Assembly (NCBI GenBank): GCA_965262615.1
Contig: OZ253545.1
Span: forward strand, 1,440,001 to 1,504,000
DNA length: 64,000 nucleotides
Reading direction: 5' to 3'
Source: Alphaproteobacteria bacterium
GTDB lineage: Bacteria; Pseudomonadota; Alphaproteobacteria; GM7ARS4; G965262615
In this document: in pieces, positions 48,709-59,065 of the stretch
Layout: the number at the start of each line of letters is the position of its first letter
Numbering within the stretch: the stretch's first letter is position 1
The notes under the pieces: generated by a model
The model's input: the letters and a program-made list of their open reading frames with translations, nothing else
Databases searched by the model: none
What the model was told of the DNA's origin: nothing
Program-made: the position numbers and the translations under genes

Positions 48709-49955
48709 CGGCTCATGATTCCCTCGCACACTTTGCCCTGATTATTCTTGTGGCATTGGCTTGTGGCGCGCTGCTCACCCGCCTCAAACAGCCCGCCATC
48801 TTGGGATACATGCTGGCGGGCTTGCTCCTGGGACCTGCCGGCTTCACCGTGATTGCCGACCGCGAACAAATCGCCTTTCTTGCCGAATTGGGAATCATGA
48901 CCTTGCTCTTTACCATCGGCACTGAACTGCCCGTCACGGTGGTGCGGCGCGTGTGGCGTCCTGCTTTGACCACCTGCCTGTTGCAAACCGTTGTCGCCGG
49001 ACTGTGCATCCTCCCCATCGCCACCATCTTTGCCTGGCAATGGCAGGTGGGACTCTTATGGACATTCATCCTCGCCCTCTCCAGCACCGCGGTGGTGATG
49101 AAAACCCTCATTTCCCTCAATATTATTGAATCGCCGCCCGGCAAGCTCATCAGCGGCATTCTCATTGGGCAGGATATTTTGTTCATTCCCATGATGACCA
49201 TCATCGCCGCTGTCGCCGTCCATGATATCAACATCACCACCGCCTTTCATGTGGTGATGTCGCTGGCATTGCTGGTGGGCATCATTTTTCTGCTGGGACG
49301 GCGCGCCTCCATCAAACTGCCACTGTATTTTATCAAGGATCAAGAATTGCTCATCCTGCGGGCTGTGTTTTTGTGTTTTGGCTCGGCGGCACTGGCAAGC
49401 GTCATTGGACTATCCCCGGCTTATGGCGCATTTCTCTCGGGACTCATTCTTGCCCATAGCTCCGAGAGAGACGCATTGCTGGAAGTCATTCGTCCTGTCA
49501 GCAACCTGCTCATGATGATGTTCTTTATCTCCATCGGCATGCTGATTGATATTAATTTCATCCTCTCTCACATGGGGACTGTCTTTGCGGTGCTGCTGGC
49601 GATTTTGGTTGTGAAAACGCTCGCCACCATTGCCATCGCTCGCTTTGCTGGCGAGCCTCTGCCTCATGCCATCATTGCGGGAGTGCTGCTGGCACAAATC
49701 GGTGAGTTCTCATTTCTGCTGGCACAACAAGGGCTGATGCTCAACCTCATTGGTGCGGCGGCGTATAATCTCATCATTGCGGTCACGGTTCTTTCATTGA
49801 TTGTGACCCCTTTGTGGATTCATATTGCTCGCCGTGTGTTTCGCTTTGCCATGCGGGCACAATCATGGCAGGAATTGCTGCACAAATCCTTTGGCGATTA
49901 TCAGGAAAAATTAAACGCCATCATTGCTCAGCTGCAAAAAAAGCCGCCATCATGA
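48705..49955 (+). CDS. Cation:proton antiporter (CPA2)
   Basis: LGYMLAGLLLGP, LSSTAVV, QD, LAQIGEFSF. Confidence 0.9.
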   Translation: MTAHDSLAHFALIILVALACGALLTRLKQPAILGYMLAGLLLGPAGFTVIADREQIAFLAELGIMTLLFTIGTELPVTVVRRVWRPALTTCLLQTVVAGLCILPIATIFAWQWQVGLLWTFILALSSTAVVMKTLISLNIIESPPGKLISGILIGQDILFIPMMTIIAAVAVHDINITTAFHVVMSLALLVGIIFLLGRRASIKLPLYFIKDQELLILRAVFLCFGSAALASVIGLSPAYGAFLSGLILAHSSERDALLEVIRPVSNLLMMMFFISIGMLIDINFILSHMGTVFAVLLAILVVKTLATIAIARFAGEPLPHAIIAGVLLAQIGEFSFLLAQQGLMLNLIGAAAYNLIIAVTVLSLIVTPLWIHIARRVFRFAMRAQSWQELLHKSFGDYQEKLNAIIAQLQKKPPS

Positions 49956-50548
49956 AGATTATCGCTGGCGTTGATGAATCGGGCAGGGGGCCATTGGCAG
50001 GACCCGTTGTGGCGGCGGCGGTCATTCTCTCCAACAAAACGCCGCCTCTCCCTTTGCGTGATTCAAAAAAATGCTCCCCACAAAAACGCCAGATTCTCTA
50101 TCAGTGGCTGATTCATCGTAGTGGCGCGCAAGCCTATGCCATTCGAGCTGCCTCATCGCGCCATATCGATCATCGCAACATTCGCCAAGCCACGCTGAAT
50201 GCCATGACCAAATGTGTCTTGGCATTATCCTTGAAGCCGCACTGCGTCCTCATTGACGGCATTGATACCCTGCCTCTGCCCTATGACAATCGTGCCATCA
50301 TCGGCGGCGATGACAGCGAACCCGCCATCGCCGCCGCCTCCATTATTGCCAAAGTCATGCGCGATCGCATCATGAGACGCCTTGCACGACGCTATTATCG
50401 CTATGGTTGGAAGAAAAATAAAGGATACAGCACTCCCCACCATAAAGAAGCTCTGCAACTCTATGGCGCAACGCCTCATCATCGCATGACCTTCAAACCA
50501 CTGCGCCAATTATCTCTTGAGCAGAGGCAATCGCAACACCACAGCTAA
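49952..50548 (+). CDS. rnhB: Ribonuclease HII
   Basis: GVDESGRGPLAGPV, DSKK, AASIIAKV, NKGY. Confidence 0.95.
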   Translation: MKIIAGVDESGRGPLAGPVVAAAVILSNKTPPLPLRDSKKCSPQKRQILYQWLIHRSGAQAYAIRAASSRHIDHRNIRQATLNAMTKCVLALSLKPHCVLIDGIDTLPLPYDNRAIIGGDDSEPAIAAASIIAKVMRDRIMRRLARRYYRYGWKKNKGYSTPHHKEALQLYGATPHHRMTFKPLRQLSLEQRQSQHHS

Positions 50549-51871
50549 GCCGCCCCATTCGCTGTCATCCAGCGTGATTTCGCCCTCATAGAGTTGCACG
50601 GCTTCGCGCACAATGGACAATCCCAAGCCACTGCCCGGGGTCATTTCATCCAATCTCTTGCCTCTGGCAAAGACCTCCTCGCGCCGTTCCTTTTGCAATC
50701 CCACGCCATCATCTTCAATCACAATGTGCATCTGTTTGGCAGACAACATGCGCGCCTCAAAGCGCACCCGACTCTTTGCCCATTTACAGGCATTCTCCAA
50801 CAAGTTTCCTAAAATCTCCTCAAGGTCGCCTCGCTCACCGTGAAACTGCAAATCCTGCGGGCGAATATCCACCTCTATTTTTTTATCGTGATAGATTTTA
50901 CTCACCACATTGCACAATCCATCCACCACGGTGCGCACGGATGTCCCCTCGCCCGATGTCTTGCGCCGCGCCACCATGCGCGCTCGCGCCAAATGATGCT
51001 CCACATAGCGTGTCATCAAAGTGCCATTGCGCTCCATGGCCCGCGCCAATTGTCTCGCCGCATCGGCTGGATTCTTTTTGTTGGCTAAAAACTGACGCGC
51101 CTCGCCCATCAAAACAGCCAGCGGCGTTCGCAGTGCATGAGCCAAATTGCCCACATGGTGACGGGCATGATCCACCAAATCACGATTATGATCCAGCAGG
51201 GCGTTAATCTCATCGGCAAGGGGTTGAACTTCAGTGGGAAATTGTCCTTGCAAATGGGTCCGCTTGCCTTCACGAATCAGTGATAAGTCTCTGCCGATAG
51301 AACGCAACGGACGCAAGCCATAACGAACCTGCATAAAAATGCCAACCGCAAGAAACACCGCCAGTAACACAATGGACAAAAATAAAATCACATTAAAACG
51401 GCGAATGTTGCGCTCCAATTCTTGTGACGCTCCTGTGAGAATAAAACGCACCCCCGCATCCAATTCCGACAAGAACACATCGTGACTCACATAGCGCAAC
51501 GATTGGTCATCAAGCACAAGATTGCCCTTACTGCCGAAATCATCGGCGTTGTAGGCGAGATTTTTATCCCACAAAGAGCGTGACCGCAGCAACACCTCGC
51601 CCTCGTTGTTTTCAATCTGCCAGTACCATCCGGAGTAGGGCTCTTGAAATCTCTTGTCACTGGGCGTTCCCTGCAATTCCAGTCTCCCGCCGCGAGTGAT
51701 GGTCGCCCCTGCCAGTAGACCATCCAAATGCACCAACAGCTGATTATCAAACGATTGCTGCACCGCCTCACGAAACGACTGGGATAACAAAAATCCGCCC
51801 CCAGACACCACCACCACCAACAATAACACCCAGCTGATGGTCAGACGAAAAGCCAGCGAATCAATGCGCAT
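50510..51871 (-). CDS. Sensor histidine kinase
   Basis: Two TMs, LAHALRTP, GNLLENACK, EDDG.G, GSGLGL. Confidence 0.93.
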   Translation of the reverse strand: MRIDSLAFRLTISWVLLLVVVVSGGGFLLSQSFREAVQQSFDNQLLVHLDGLLAGATITRGGRLELQGTPSDKRFQEPYSGWYWQIENNEGEVLLRSRSLWDKNLAYNADDFGSKGNLVLDDQSLRYVSHDVFLSELDAGVRFILTGASQELERNIRRFNVILFLSIVLLAVFLAVGIFMQVRYGLRPLRSIGRDLSLIREGKRTHLQGQFPTEVQPLADEINALLDHNRDLVDHARHHVGNLAHALRTPLAVLMGEARQFLANKKNPADAARQLARAMERNGTLMTRYVEHHLARARMVARRKTSGEGTSVRTVVDGLCNVVSKIYHDKKIEVDIRPQDLQFHGERGDLEEILGNLLENACKWAKSRVRFEARMLSAKQMHIVIEDDGVGLQKERREEVFARGKRLDEMTPGSGLGLSIVREAVQLYEGEITLDDSEWGGLAVVLRLPLLKR

Positions 51872-52532
51872 CACTGCCAGCAACAAATCGGTAGCCAAGA
51901 CCCCGTTCGGTCTTAATCACATCATCACCCAATTTGCGCCGCAAACGACCGATAAAAACCTCAATGGTATTGGAATCAAGATCAAAATTCTGATCATATA
52001 TGTGTTCGGTCAATTCCGTCCGAGACACGATTTTGTCATAGTGATGCATGAAATAGGCGAGAATTTTATATTCCTGAGCGGTTAAATCCACCGCACTGCC
52101 CTTCAGAGTGACGCGCGCACTACGGGTATCCAGCAGGATGTCGCCGTAACTGATGGTGGGAGACGCAATGCCCGATGAGCGTCTAATCAATGCCTTGAGG
52201 CGCGCCACCAGTTCTTCTAATTCAAATGGTTTGGCAAGATAGTCATCCGCCCCTGCATCAAATCCTTCCACTTTTTCGCGCCAGCTGTCTCGTGCGGTCA
52301 AAACCAAGACGGGCATGGTGTGTCCGTCATTGCGCCATTTTTTCAAAACGGACAATCCATCCATCATGGGCAATCCCAAATCCAAGACGATGGCATCATA
52401 GGGTTCGCTCTCCCCCAGATAGTGTCCCTCCTCGCCATCGCCGCAGTGGTCTACCACATACCCCGCCGCCGTCAAACCGCTTTTCAATTGAGACGCAAGG
52501 GACTGGTCATCTTCCACCACTAAAATACGCAT
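51861..52532 (-). CDS. OmpR-family response regulator
   Basis: ILVVEDD, LDLGLP, GADDYLAKPF, TERGLGY. Confidence 0.95.
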   Translation of the reverse strand: MRILVVEDDQSLASQLKSGLTAAGYVVDHCGDGEEGHYLGESEPYDAIVLDLGLPMMDGLSVLKKWRNDGHTMPVLVLTARDSWREKVEGFDAGADDYLAKPFELEELVARLKALIRRSSGIASPTISYGDILLDTRSARVTLKGSAVDLTAQEYKILAYFMHHYDKIVSRTELTEHIYDQNFDLDSNTIEVFIGRLRRKLGDDVIKTERGLGYRFVAGSDAH

Positions 52533-52548
52533 CACTGCCTTCCCATCG

Positions 52549-52860
52549 TTATTTTGACCCCACCTGCAAAACCGATGCCGTTCCTGCATCCACATGAACA
52601 TCCATGAGTCTGCCATCATTGTGCAAGATGCGCATGTGATAGATCCATCCGTGCAATCCATCCCGACTGTTTTCAAGGCGCACCGCCATGACTCTGCCTT
52701 GAAACTGTCGCCCGACCGTTTTCAAAATTTCATCAAGCGGCAAGATGCTACCATCCCGCACCGCCTGCAAGGCAGCATCCTGATGCACATCGTCATCAGC
52801 ATGAGATGGCGTGAGCATCGTCATGACGGCAAAAATCATCCATGGAATCATCATCTTCAT
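52549..52860 (-). CDS. PepSY-domain protein
   Basis: Signal peptide, AVRDGSILPL, VDAGTA; upstream of the RR/HK pair. Confidence 0.8.
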   Translation of the reverse strand: MKMMIPWMIFAVMTMLTPSHADDDVHQDAALQAVRDGSILPLDEILKTVGRQFQGRVMAVRLENSRDGLHGWIYHMRILHNDGRLMDVHVDAGTASVLQVGSK

Positions 52861-52862
52861 GG

Positions 52863-53915
52863 CTATGATATATGACTATTCCAGTGATTGAGCAAGCGTC
52901 TCATCAGAGATGAAAACGGAAATTGTTCCTGCTGTTGTGGCAACATCCAAACGGCATGATGCGGCTCTTGGCAATTGCGTCCTTCCATGATGCGCGCCTC
53001 CAACGAAAAATGCGTAAACACATGCTGCACCGTTCCCGCAATCAGCCGCCAGTCATGAGCGGGTGGTGCATGGGCTTGCCATTGGCTCGGCGAGATGGAT
53101 GTCCATTGGGTGTCGCGCCACGGTGTGGACGGCAGCAGCATCGTGCCCGCCAGCAATCCTGTGTCTTTGCGCCGTTCCAATAAAATCGCCCCCTCGTCAT
53201 TGCGACACACAAAAAACAAGCCATACAAATGAGGGCGCGCTCGCTTGGTGGGCAAAACGGGATAATGAGACTGCTCTCCTCTGTCATAAGCACGACAGAT
53301 TGTGCACAAAGGACAGCAATCACACAGTGGCATGTGTGGCTTGCAGATGGTTGCACCGAAATCCATCATTGCTTGCACATAGGCGGCACACTCATTGTGA
53401 GGTGTCAGACGCGCCACCATTCGGTAAAGCCAGCGATCCTGCAAGGGTGTGACGCGATCATGAGCAAACAGGCGCGTCACCACACGGCGCACATTGCCAT
53501 CCACCACCACCGCCCGCCGATTGAACGCAATCGCCATAATCGCCGCCGCCGTGTAGCGACCAATCCCCGGCAGTGCCAGCCATTCTTTTTCGCAACAAGG
53601 AAATCTGCCGTTGCGTTCATGGACAATGATGCGCGCCGTCTCGTGCAAACGATGCGCCCTGCCGTAATATCCCAAGCCCTGCCACAACAACAGCATGTCG
53701 TCGCGTGATGCCGCCGCCAACGCCTGCACCGTGGGAAAGGCGACAATAAAGCGTCTGAAGTAGGGAATCACCACCGTGACCGTGGTCTGTTGCAGCATCA
53801 CCTCACTGAGCCACACATGATAAACAGTGCGGCGACTCTCCCGCCACGGCAGAATCCGAGAATTCCTTCCATACCATCGCAAAATTGCCGATTGGATATA
53901 TTCCACTGATGCCAT
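52863..53915 (-). CDS. mutY: A/G-specific adenine glycosylase
   Basis: SEVMLQQT, WQGLGYY, LPGIGRYTA, VDGNV, Fe-S Cys motif. Confidence 0.95.
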   Translation of the reverse strand: MASVEYIQSAILRWYGRNSRILPWRESRRTVYHVWLSEVMLQQTTVTVVIPYFRRFIVAFPTVQALAAASRDDMLLLWQGLGYYGRAHRLHETARIIVHERNGRFPCCEKEWLALPGIGRYTAAAIMAIAFNRRAVVVDGNVRRVVTRLFAHDRVTPLQDRWLYRMVARLTPHNECAAYVQAMMDFGATICKPHMPLCDCCPLCTICRAYDRGEQSHYPVLPTKRARPHLYGLFFVCRNDEGAILLERRKDTGLLAGTMLLPSTPWRDTQWTSISPSQWQAHAPPAHDWRLIAGTVQHVFTHFSLEARIMEGRNCQEPHHAVWMLPQQQEQFPFSSLMRRLLNHWNSHIS

Positions 53916-53962
53916 AAACAACCATAGCATATTTTGTGGCAACCGTGTTATGATGCGTCATC

Positions 53963-54286
53963 ATGGAAGCAAAAAATCGTCCCGTATCGCGTAGCTTTGC
54001 CGAAGCTCTGCCATCTCTGCGACCACTGGCACAAAGACCAGCATCACCAAAAGCGCGCAGCGAAAAGATCAAAAACAATTGGCAAGACATCATGCAAGAA
54101 GACATGACCAAAACCATGCAGTGTCATGGTATCATCATCAGACGCAAACAATACATCCTGCAGGTGAGCTCGCCCGACATTCATCCACTCATGATGCGCC
54201 ATCACAGTCCCGCAATAGTCAAGAAAATAAATGACTTCTTTGGCGAGACGATGATTGATGGTATAAAGCTCATCACGCTTGATTAA
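53963..54286 (+). CDS. DciA/DUF721-like protein
   Basis: W..I, KINDFFG motif; mutY-X-dsbA-smc synteny. Confidence 0.6.
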   Translation: MEAKNRPVSRSFAEALPSLRPLAQRPASPKARSEKIKNNWQDIMQEDMTKTMQCHGIIIRRKQYILQVSSPDIHPLMMRHHSPAIVKKINDFFGETMIDGIKLITLD

Positions 54287-54313
54287 TTACATCATTCTTC
54301 TTATGATAGTCTT

Positions 54314-54934
54314 ATGACTTCTTTTGTTCTTTCAATTTTTTCTGTTCTGTTCCTGACTCTTGGCGGGTCGCTGCCTGTGTGGGGCGAAATCGCCGACACT
54401 TTGGATGCCATGCAGGAAAAAGCATTGGGCAGCAGCGATGCTCCGGTGACGGTCATTGAGTATGCCTCTTTGACTTGTCCTCATTGTGGTCATTTTCACA
54501 ATGGCATTTTGCCGGAGCTCAAAAAGGAATTCGTTGATTCGGGAAAGGTTCGTTTTATCTATCGCGATTTTCCTTTGGATCATTTTGCGTTGCGGGCGGC
54601 GATGCTGGCTCGCTGTAACAGTCATCGTGACTATTTTGCCTTTTTGGATGTTCTCTACAAAGATCAGCAACGCTGGATTACGGCTCAAGATCCGTTGGTG
54701 GCATTGTTGCGTCTGGCGCGTCTGGCGGGCATCAATGGCGAGGATTTCAAACAGTGCGTGGGCAATAAAGGATTGGAAGATGCCATTTTGCAACAACGCC
54801 TGCAGGCGGCAAAAAAATATCGCCTGCAAGCCACACCGTCCTTCATCATCAATGAAGAGCTCTATACGGGCGAGCTCACCTTTGACGGCATCAAAAGTGC
54901 CATAGAAGAACAGCTGCCAACAGCCGATGGCTAA
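54314..54934 (+). CDS. DsbA-family thiol oxidoreductase
   Basis: EYASLTCPHC, RDFPLD, TPSF. Confidence 0.92.
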   Translation: MTSFVLSIFSVLFLTLGGSLPVWGEIADTLDAMQEKALGSSDAPVTVIEYASLTCPHCGHFHNGILPELKKEFVDSGKVRFIYRDFPLDHFALRAAMLARCNSHRDYFAFLDVLYKDQQRWITAQDPLVALLRLARLAGINGEDFKQCVGNKGLEDAILQQRLQAAKKYRLQATPSFIINEELYTGELTFDGIKSAIEEQLPTADG

Positions 54935-57900
54935 TTCGGTTCGTCTTCTTAAAATCGGCATCAGCGGTTTTAAGACTTTTCCCGACTCTGTTGAAATTCC
55001 ATTGGCGCAAGGTCTCACCGCGATCATCGGACCCAACGGCTGTGGCAAAACCAATCTGTTTGATGCTCTGCGCTTCGTCATGGGCGAGAGCGCGCCCAAA
55101 GCCCTGCGGTGCCATGACATGGATGAAACCATCTTTGCCGGCAATGAGGATAAAGCACGCCGTAACATTGCCGAGGTCACACTGTGGCTGCATGTCTCCA
55201 ATCCAGAAGACTTGCCCTTTCCCGTGAGTGACAACACCCTTGAGATTTCTCGCCGCATTGAACGGGGTGTGGGGTCGCAATGGCGCATCAATGGACGAGA
55301 AGTGCGGGCGCGTGATGTCACATTGCTGCTGGGAGATATGGCAACGGGCGCGCGCTCCAGCATGATTATGGCACAAAACACCATCCATCGCTTTATTGAA
55401 TCGCCTCCTCTGCAAAGACGCAGCTTCTTGGAAGAAGCCGCGGGCATGAGCGGACTCTATGCACGGCGCGATGAAGCCACACGCAAACTCACCAGTGCCA
55501 CCACCCAGATGGAGCGCATCACAGACCTGCTGCACGAACTCAAAAGCCAGCAGCGCAAACTCAAAAAAGATGCCGCACTCGCGCAAACCTATATTGCGCT
55601 GAAAAAACGCGTCAAAGCCATTGAACACGCACTGCTCATTTATGAGCAAACAATGCGCCATCAGCAAAAAACGCAAACCCAACAAGCCCTTGAAGAAAAC
55701 CGACACCAATTGCAACAAAAGGAAGCCTTGCTTGTCATCGCAGAGGGACGGTGGCAACGCCTGCAAAAAATGAACAAACCGCTGCAACAAAAAATGGAAC
55801 ACAACGATGCCCAACGGCAACAGCTCAAAAGTGAGTTCGGTAGCCTCAATGTGGCACAGCATCACCGTCACAATCACCTCGCCATGACGCAAAAACGATT
55901 GCAAGAACTGGAAAAAGACCGCACCACCACCCAAAGTGAACTCACGCGCGCATCCCAACACATTGAGGAATATCAAAGAGAATCATCCCCAGACACAAAA
56001 GCAATCAAAGACCAGTTGCAAAATCAATTGCAAGAAAAAAACCGTCTGTGGCAAGAGAGTCAAAAACGCGTTGCGGAGGCACAGCGTCTCTATGAGCAAG
56101 ACAAACAACGGCACATTCAACACCAAGAGGCACAAAAAGAAGCCCAGCGACTCCAAGCAGACCTCACACACGACGAGCAGCAGCTCGCCGCTCTGCCACC
56201 CACAGCCGAGCACGATGTGGATGAAGTCAAAAAGCAACTGGCGGGGTGGCGGGAAAAAATAGAAGAGACACGCCTTCTTGACGATGACTGGCAACAAAAA
56301 GAACGCACCGCTGAGACGGAAGCTCAACGGCTCAATCAAAAATTGTCTCAATTTCAATCTTTATCGGCGGACTCCATGATTCATCATGTGAGCGTCACGC
56401 CCGATTACGAACACGCTCTGGCGGCGGCACTGGGCTACGATTTGGATGCGTCCCACAAAGGACAAAAAGACCAAGCCTCATGGCATGAGCTACCGCCATT
56501 ACATGGACGCATCACTCTTGCCGATGTCCCGCCACTCAGCGACTATGTGACCGCGCCCGCCTCATTGCAAAGACGCTTGCAACAGGTGGGCGTGTGCAAC
56601 TCGCAAAAAGAGGGACACAAACTTTGGCGTCAATTGACCATCGGACAAAGACTCGTCTCCAAAGATGGCTATTTGTGGCGATGGGATGGATTTGTCGCCC
56701 CGCCCGCCGCCAACACCGAACAGCTGCATATTCTGCAGCGGCAGAAACATCATGAACAGATGCAAAGTGACCATGACGCTCTGTGTCACACCATTCAAGA
56801 CATCAAAAAACAGCGCAAAACCCTCAGCGAACAACGCCAGCAATACATGGACGAAGAACGGCAGTGCCAAAAACACTATGAGACCATCTATGAGCAATCG
56901 GTTCAAATGCAAAAAACCATTGAGCGGCGCGCTGAATTGAATCAGCGCATTGCATCGGTGAAGGAGAAAATTGCCGCCAATCAAAAAATCGCCCGCACCG
57001 CGCAAGAACAAACTCGTCAGCCCATTGATGAAAAACACTTGCGCGAGTGGCAAGACCAAGACAAACAAAGCGGCTTTGAGCGCGACTCCGCACTGCAAGA
57101 ATGGGCACAGTGGCAAGCATCTCATGAAGCCGCGCAAAAACAGCATCAGGCATGGCAGCAAACCATCACCCATTGTGAGCAAACGCTCGCTCAGCTGGAA
57201 CAGCGTCATAAAGAGGCAACCGCTCAACACAATCAGCTGCAACAGGATGAAGAAAAAAGCAATGCCCGCCTCGCTCAGCTAGAGCCTTTGATTGCCGAGG
57301 CGGAGCGAAAATATCACCTATGGCTGCATCAGAAAAAGCGCATGGAGCGGTGGCTCACCCTTCATAAAAATCAATTGGAAAATATCAAAAGCGATATGGA
57401 GCAATTAAATGTGACGATGGCGCGCCACGAGGAACGATTGGCACAAAGCCAAACTCATGACGAGGAAATGCCCACCAATGATGACCAGCCCGCCATCACC
57501 ATCACCACTGATGATGAGCGTCAGGCTCAATGGCAGGAATGTCAGCGAGGTCGGGCTCGGTTGGAGCAAATGGAAAATGACGGCGGCATCAATATGCGGG
57601 CACAGCATGACATGGCGACACTTCGTGAGCGCACCGACCAATTGAAAAAAGAAGCCAAAGATGTGGAGCAAGCCATTGGCACTTTTCGCCAAGCGGTGCG
57701 TGATATCAATCAGCGGGGACGCAAAAAACTCAAAGACACTTTCACGCAAATCAACAAGCACTTTGCCACTATTTTTTCTCAATTGTTTGCGGGCGGTCAT
57801 GCGGCGATGTCTTTTGTGGGTTCGGAAGATCCCCTTGAGGCGGGCATTGATGTGGCGGTGCATCTTGCCAAGAGCAAAAGCAAAAGCCTTTCGCTTTTGT

Positions 57901-58217
57901 CGGGAGGCGAACGCAGCATGACGGCAATGGCTCTTATGTTTGCCATCTTTGCCACCCGCCCTGCTCCCCTGTGCCTGCTGGATGAGGTGGATGATTCGCT
58001 GGACGAGAAAAACATAGAACTATTGTGCAATCTGCTGCGCATCCTCACGCGCGATCATGACACCCGCTTTATCATGGTGACCCATCGTCCTCTCACCATG
58101 AGCTTTATGGACCGCCTCTATGGTGTCACCATGCGGCATCAGGGCATCTCTCATCTCGTGGCTCTTGATATCAAACAGGCTCAAGCACTCGCGCAACGCG
58201 AAAAGAGCGTGGCATGA
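54927..58217 (+). CDS. smc: Chromosome segregation protein SMC
   Basis: GPNGCGKT, coiled coils, hinge WRWDG, LSGGE, LLDEVD. Confidence 0.93.
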   Translation: MANSVRLLKIGISGFKTFPDSVEIPLAQGLTAIIGPNGCGKTNLFDALRFVMGESAPKALRCHDMDETIFAGNEDKARRNIAEVTLWLHVSNPEDLPFPVSDNTLEISRRIERGVGSQWRINGREVRARDVTLLLGDMATGARSSMIMAQNTIHRFIESPPLQRRSFLEEAAGMSGLYARRDEATRKLTSATTQMERITDLLHELKSQQRKLKKDAALAQTYIALKKRVKAIEHALLIYEQTMRHQQKTQTQQALEENRHQLQQKEALLVIAEGRWQRLQKMNKPLQQKMEHNDAQRQQLKSEFGSLNVAQHHRHNHLAMTQKRLQELEKDRTTTQSELTRASQHIEEYQRESSPDTKAIKDQLQNQLQEKNRLWQESQKRVAEAQRLYEQDKQRHIQHQEAQKEAQRLQADLTHDEQQLAALPPTAEHDVDEVKKQLAGWREKIEETRLLDDDWQQKERTAETEAQRLNQKLSQFQSLSADSMIHHVSVTPDYEHALAAALGYDLDASHKGQKDQASWHELPPLHGRITLADVPPLSDYVTAPASLQRRLQQVGVCNSQKEGHKLWRQLTIGQRLVSKDGYLWRWDGFVAPPAANTEQLHILQRQKHHEQMQSDHDALCHTIQDIKKQRKTLSEQRQQYMDEERQCQKHYETIYEQSVQMQKTIERRAELNQRIASVKEKIAANQKIARTAQEQTRQPIDEKHLREWQDQDKQSGFERDSALQEWAQWQASHEAAQKQHQAWQQTITHCEQTLAQLEQRHKEATAQHNQLQQDEEKSNARLAQLEPLIAEAERKYHLWLHQKKRMERWLTLHKNQLENIKSDMEQLNVTMARHEERLAQSQTHDEEMPTNDDQPAITITTDDERQAQWQECQRGRARLEQMENDGGINMRAQHDMATLRERTDQLKKEAKDVEQAIGTFRQAVRDINQRGRKKLKDTFTQINKHFATIFSQLFAGGHAAMSFVGSEDPLEAGIDVAVHLAKSKSKSLSLLSGGERSMTAMALMFAIFATRPAPLCLLDEVDDSLDEKNIELLCNLLRILTRDHDTRFIMVTHRPLTMSFMDRLYGVTMRHQGISHLVALDIKQAQALAQREKSVA

Positions 58218-58483
58218 ATCAACTAAAGCAGCTCAAAAAGGACATTGAAAAGCACAAAAACGCCAAACGCGCCAAGCCATCCTCGCGCGCGACGCCCGCC
58301 TCATTTGCGTTGCGGGCGGGGAGTGATTTTCTCGGCGCGCTCATCACGGGAGGCTTGCTGGGCTACGCCGCCGATTCCTACTGGATGACAAAACCTTGCC
58401 TGATGATTGGAGGATTGTTTCTTGGTTTGCTGTCGGGCGTTCATCTGCTTTTGCAACACGCCGAAAAGATAAGCAAAAAATAG
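58214..58483 (+). CDS. AtpZ/AtpI-family protein
   Basis: Two TMs, LGYAAD...TKP; upstream of atpB. Confidence 0.75.
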   Translation: MNQLKQLKKDIEKHKNAKRAKPSSRATPASFALRAGSDFLGALITGGLLGYAADSYWMTKPCLMIGGLFLGLLSGVHLLLQHAEKISKK

Positions 58484-58501
58484 CGACTCGTGAAGCATTT
58501 G

Positions 58502-58564
58502 ATTATTGACAAACCAATTATTGACAAACCAATTATTGACAAACGCTTGAAATGCACATATTCT
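58502..58564 (+). promoter_or_regulatory. Sigma70 promoter with triplicated 15-bp -35 unit
   Basis: ATTATTGACAAACCA x3 (last partial); final TTGACA-N17-TATTCT. Confidence 0.7.
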
Positions 58565-58571
58565 AACCACC

Positions 58572-59018
58572 ATGGCTATCCAGACGGAACAAAAACCAAC
58601 CGAACATCGCAAGGCGAATGGCTTGTATGATGATGTGGTCGCCCTCAAAGCCGATGTGGTTGCTCTGAAGGTGGATGTTGCCACCATCAAAGAGCAAGGC
58701 AAGAATTTTGCCACCAAGGAAGATATCGCCAAGTTGGAGACCAAAATCGCCAAACTGGAAGCTCAAATCGCCAAACTGGAAGCTCAAATCGCTCAGGCGA
58801 GAGCTGAAAATAATGAAAATAACGCCAAACTGGAAACTAAAATCGCCAAACTGGAGACTCAAATCGCTGAGGTGCGAGCTGAAAATAATGAAAACATCGC
58901 CGAACTGCGAGCTGAAATCGCCCAGGTGAGAAATGATTTTTTGTATGCTGTCAATCGCGCGGCGGCGGGAGTGATTGTGTCCCTTGTGGGCATTCTGGTG
59001 ACACTCATTTTGAAGTGA
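58572..59018 (+). CDS. Coiled-coil repeat protein with C-terminal TM (DUF1640/CCDC90-like)
   Basis: FATKEDI, IAKLE(T/A)(K/Q) heptad repeats, hydrophobic C-terminus. Confidence 0.72.
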   Translation: MAIQTEQKPTEHRKANGLYDDVVALKADVVALKVDVATIKEQGKNFATKEDIAKLETKIAKLEAQIAKLEAQIAQARAENNENNAKLETKIAKLETQIAEVRAENNENIAELRAEIAQVRNDFLYAVNRAAAGVIVSLVGILVTLILK

Positions 59019-59065
59019 CGAAAACCCTAGCCTCTTGGTGAGGCGAAATTATCGCCGCGCGCGAC

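Noticed and set aside
54332-57242. Long antisense ORFs opposite dsbA/smc (similarly opposite yidC, acs, ispF, fhcD)
   Set aside because: They overlap well-supported genes on the other strand and show no protein motifs.
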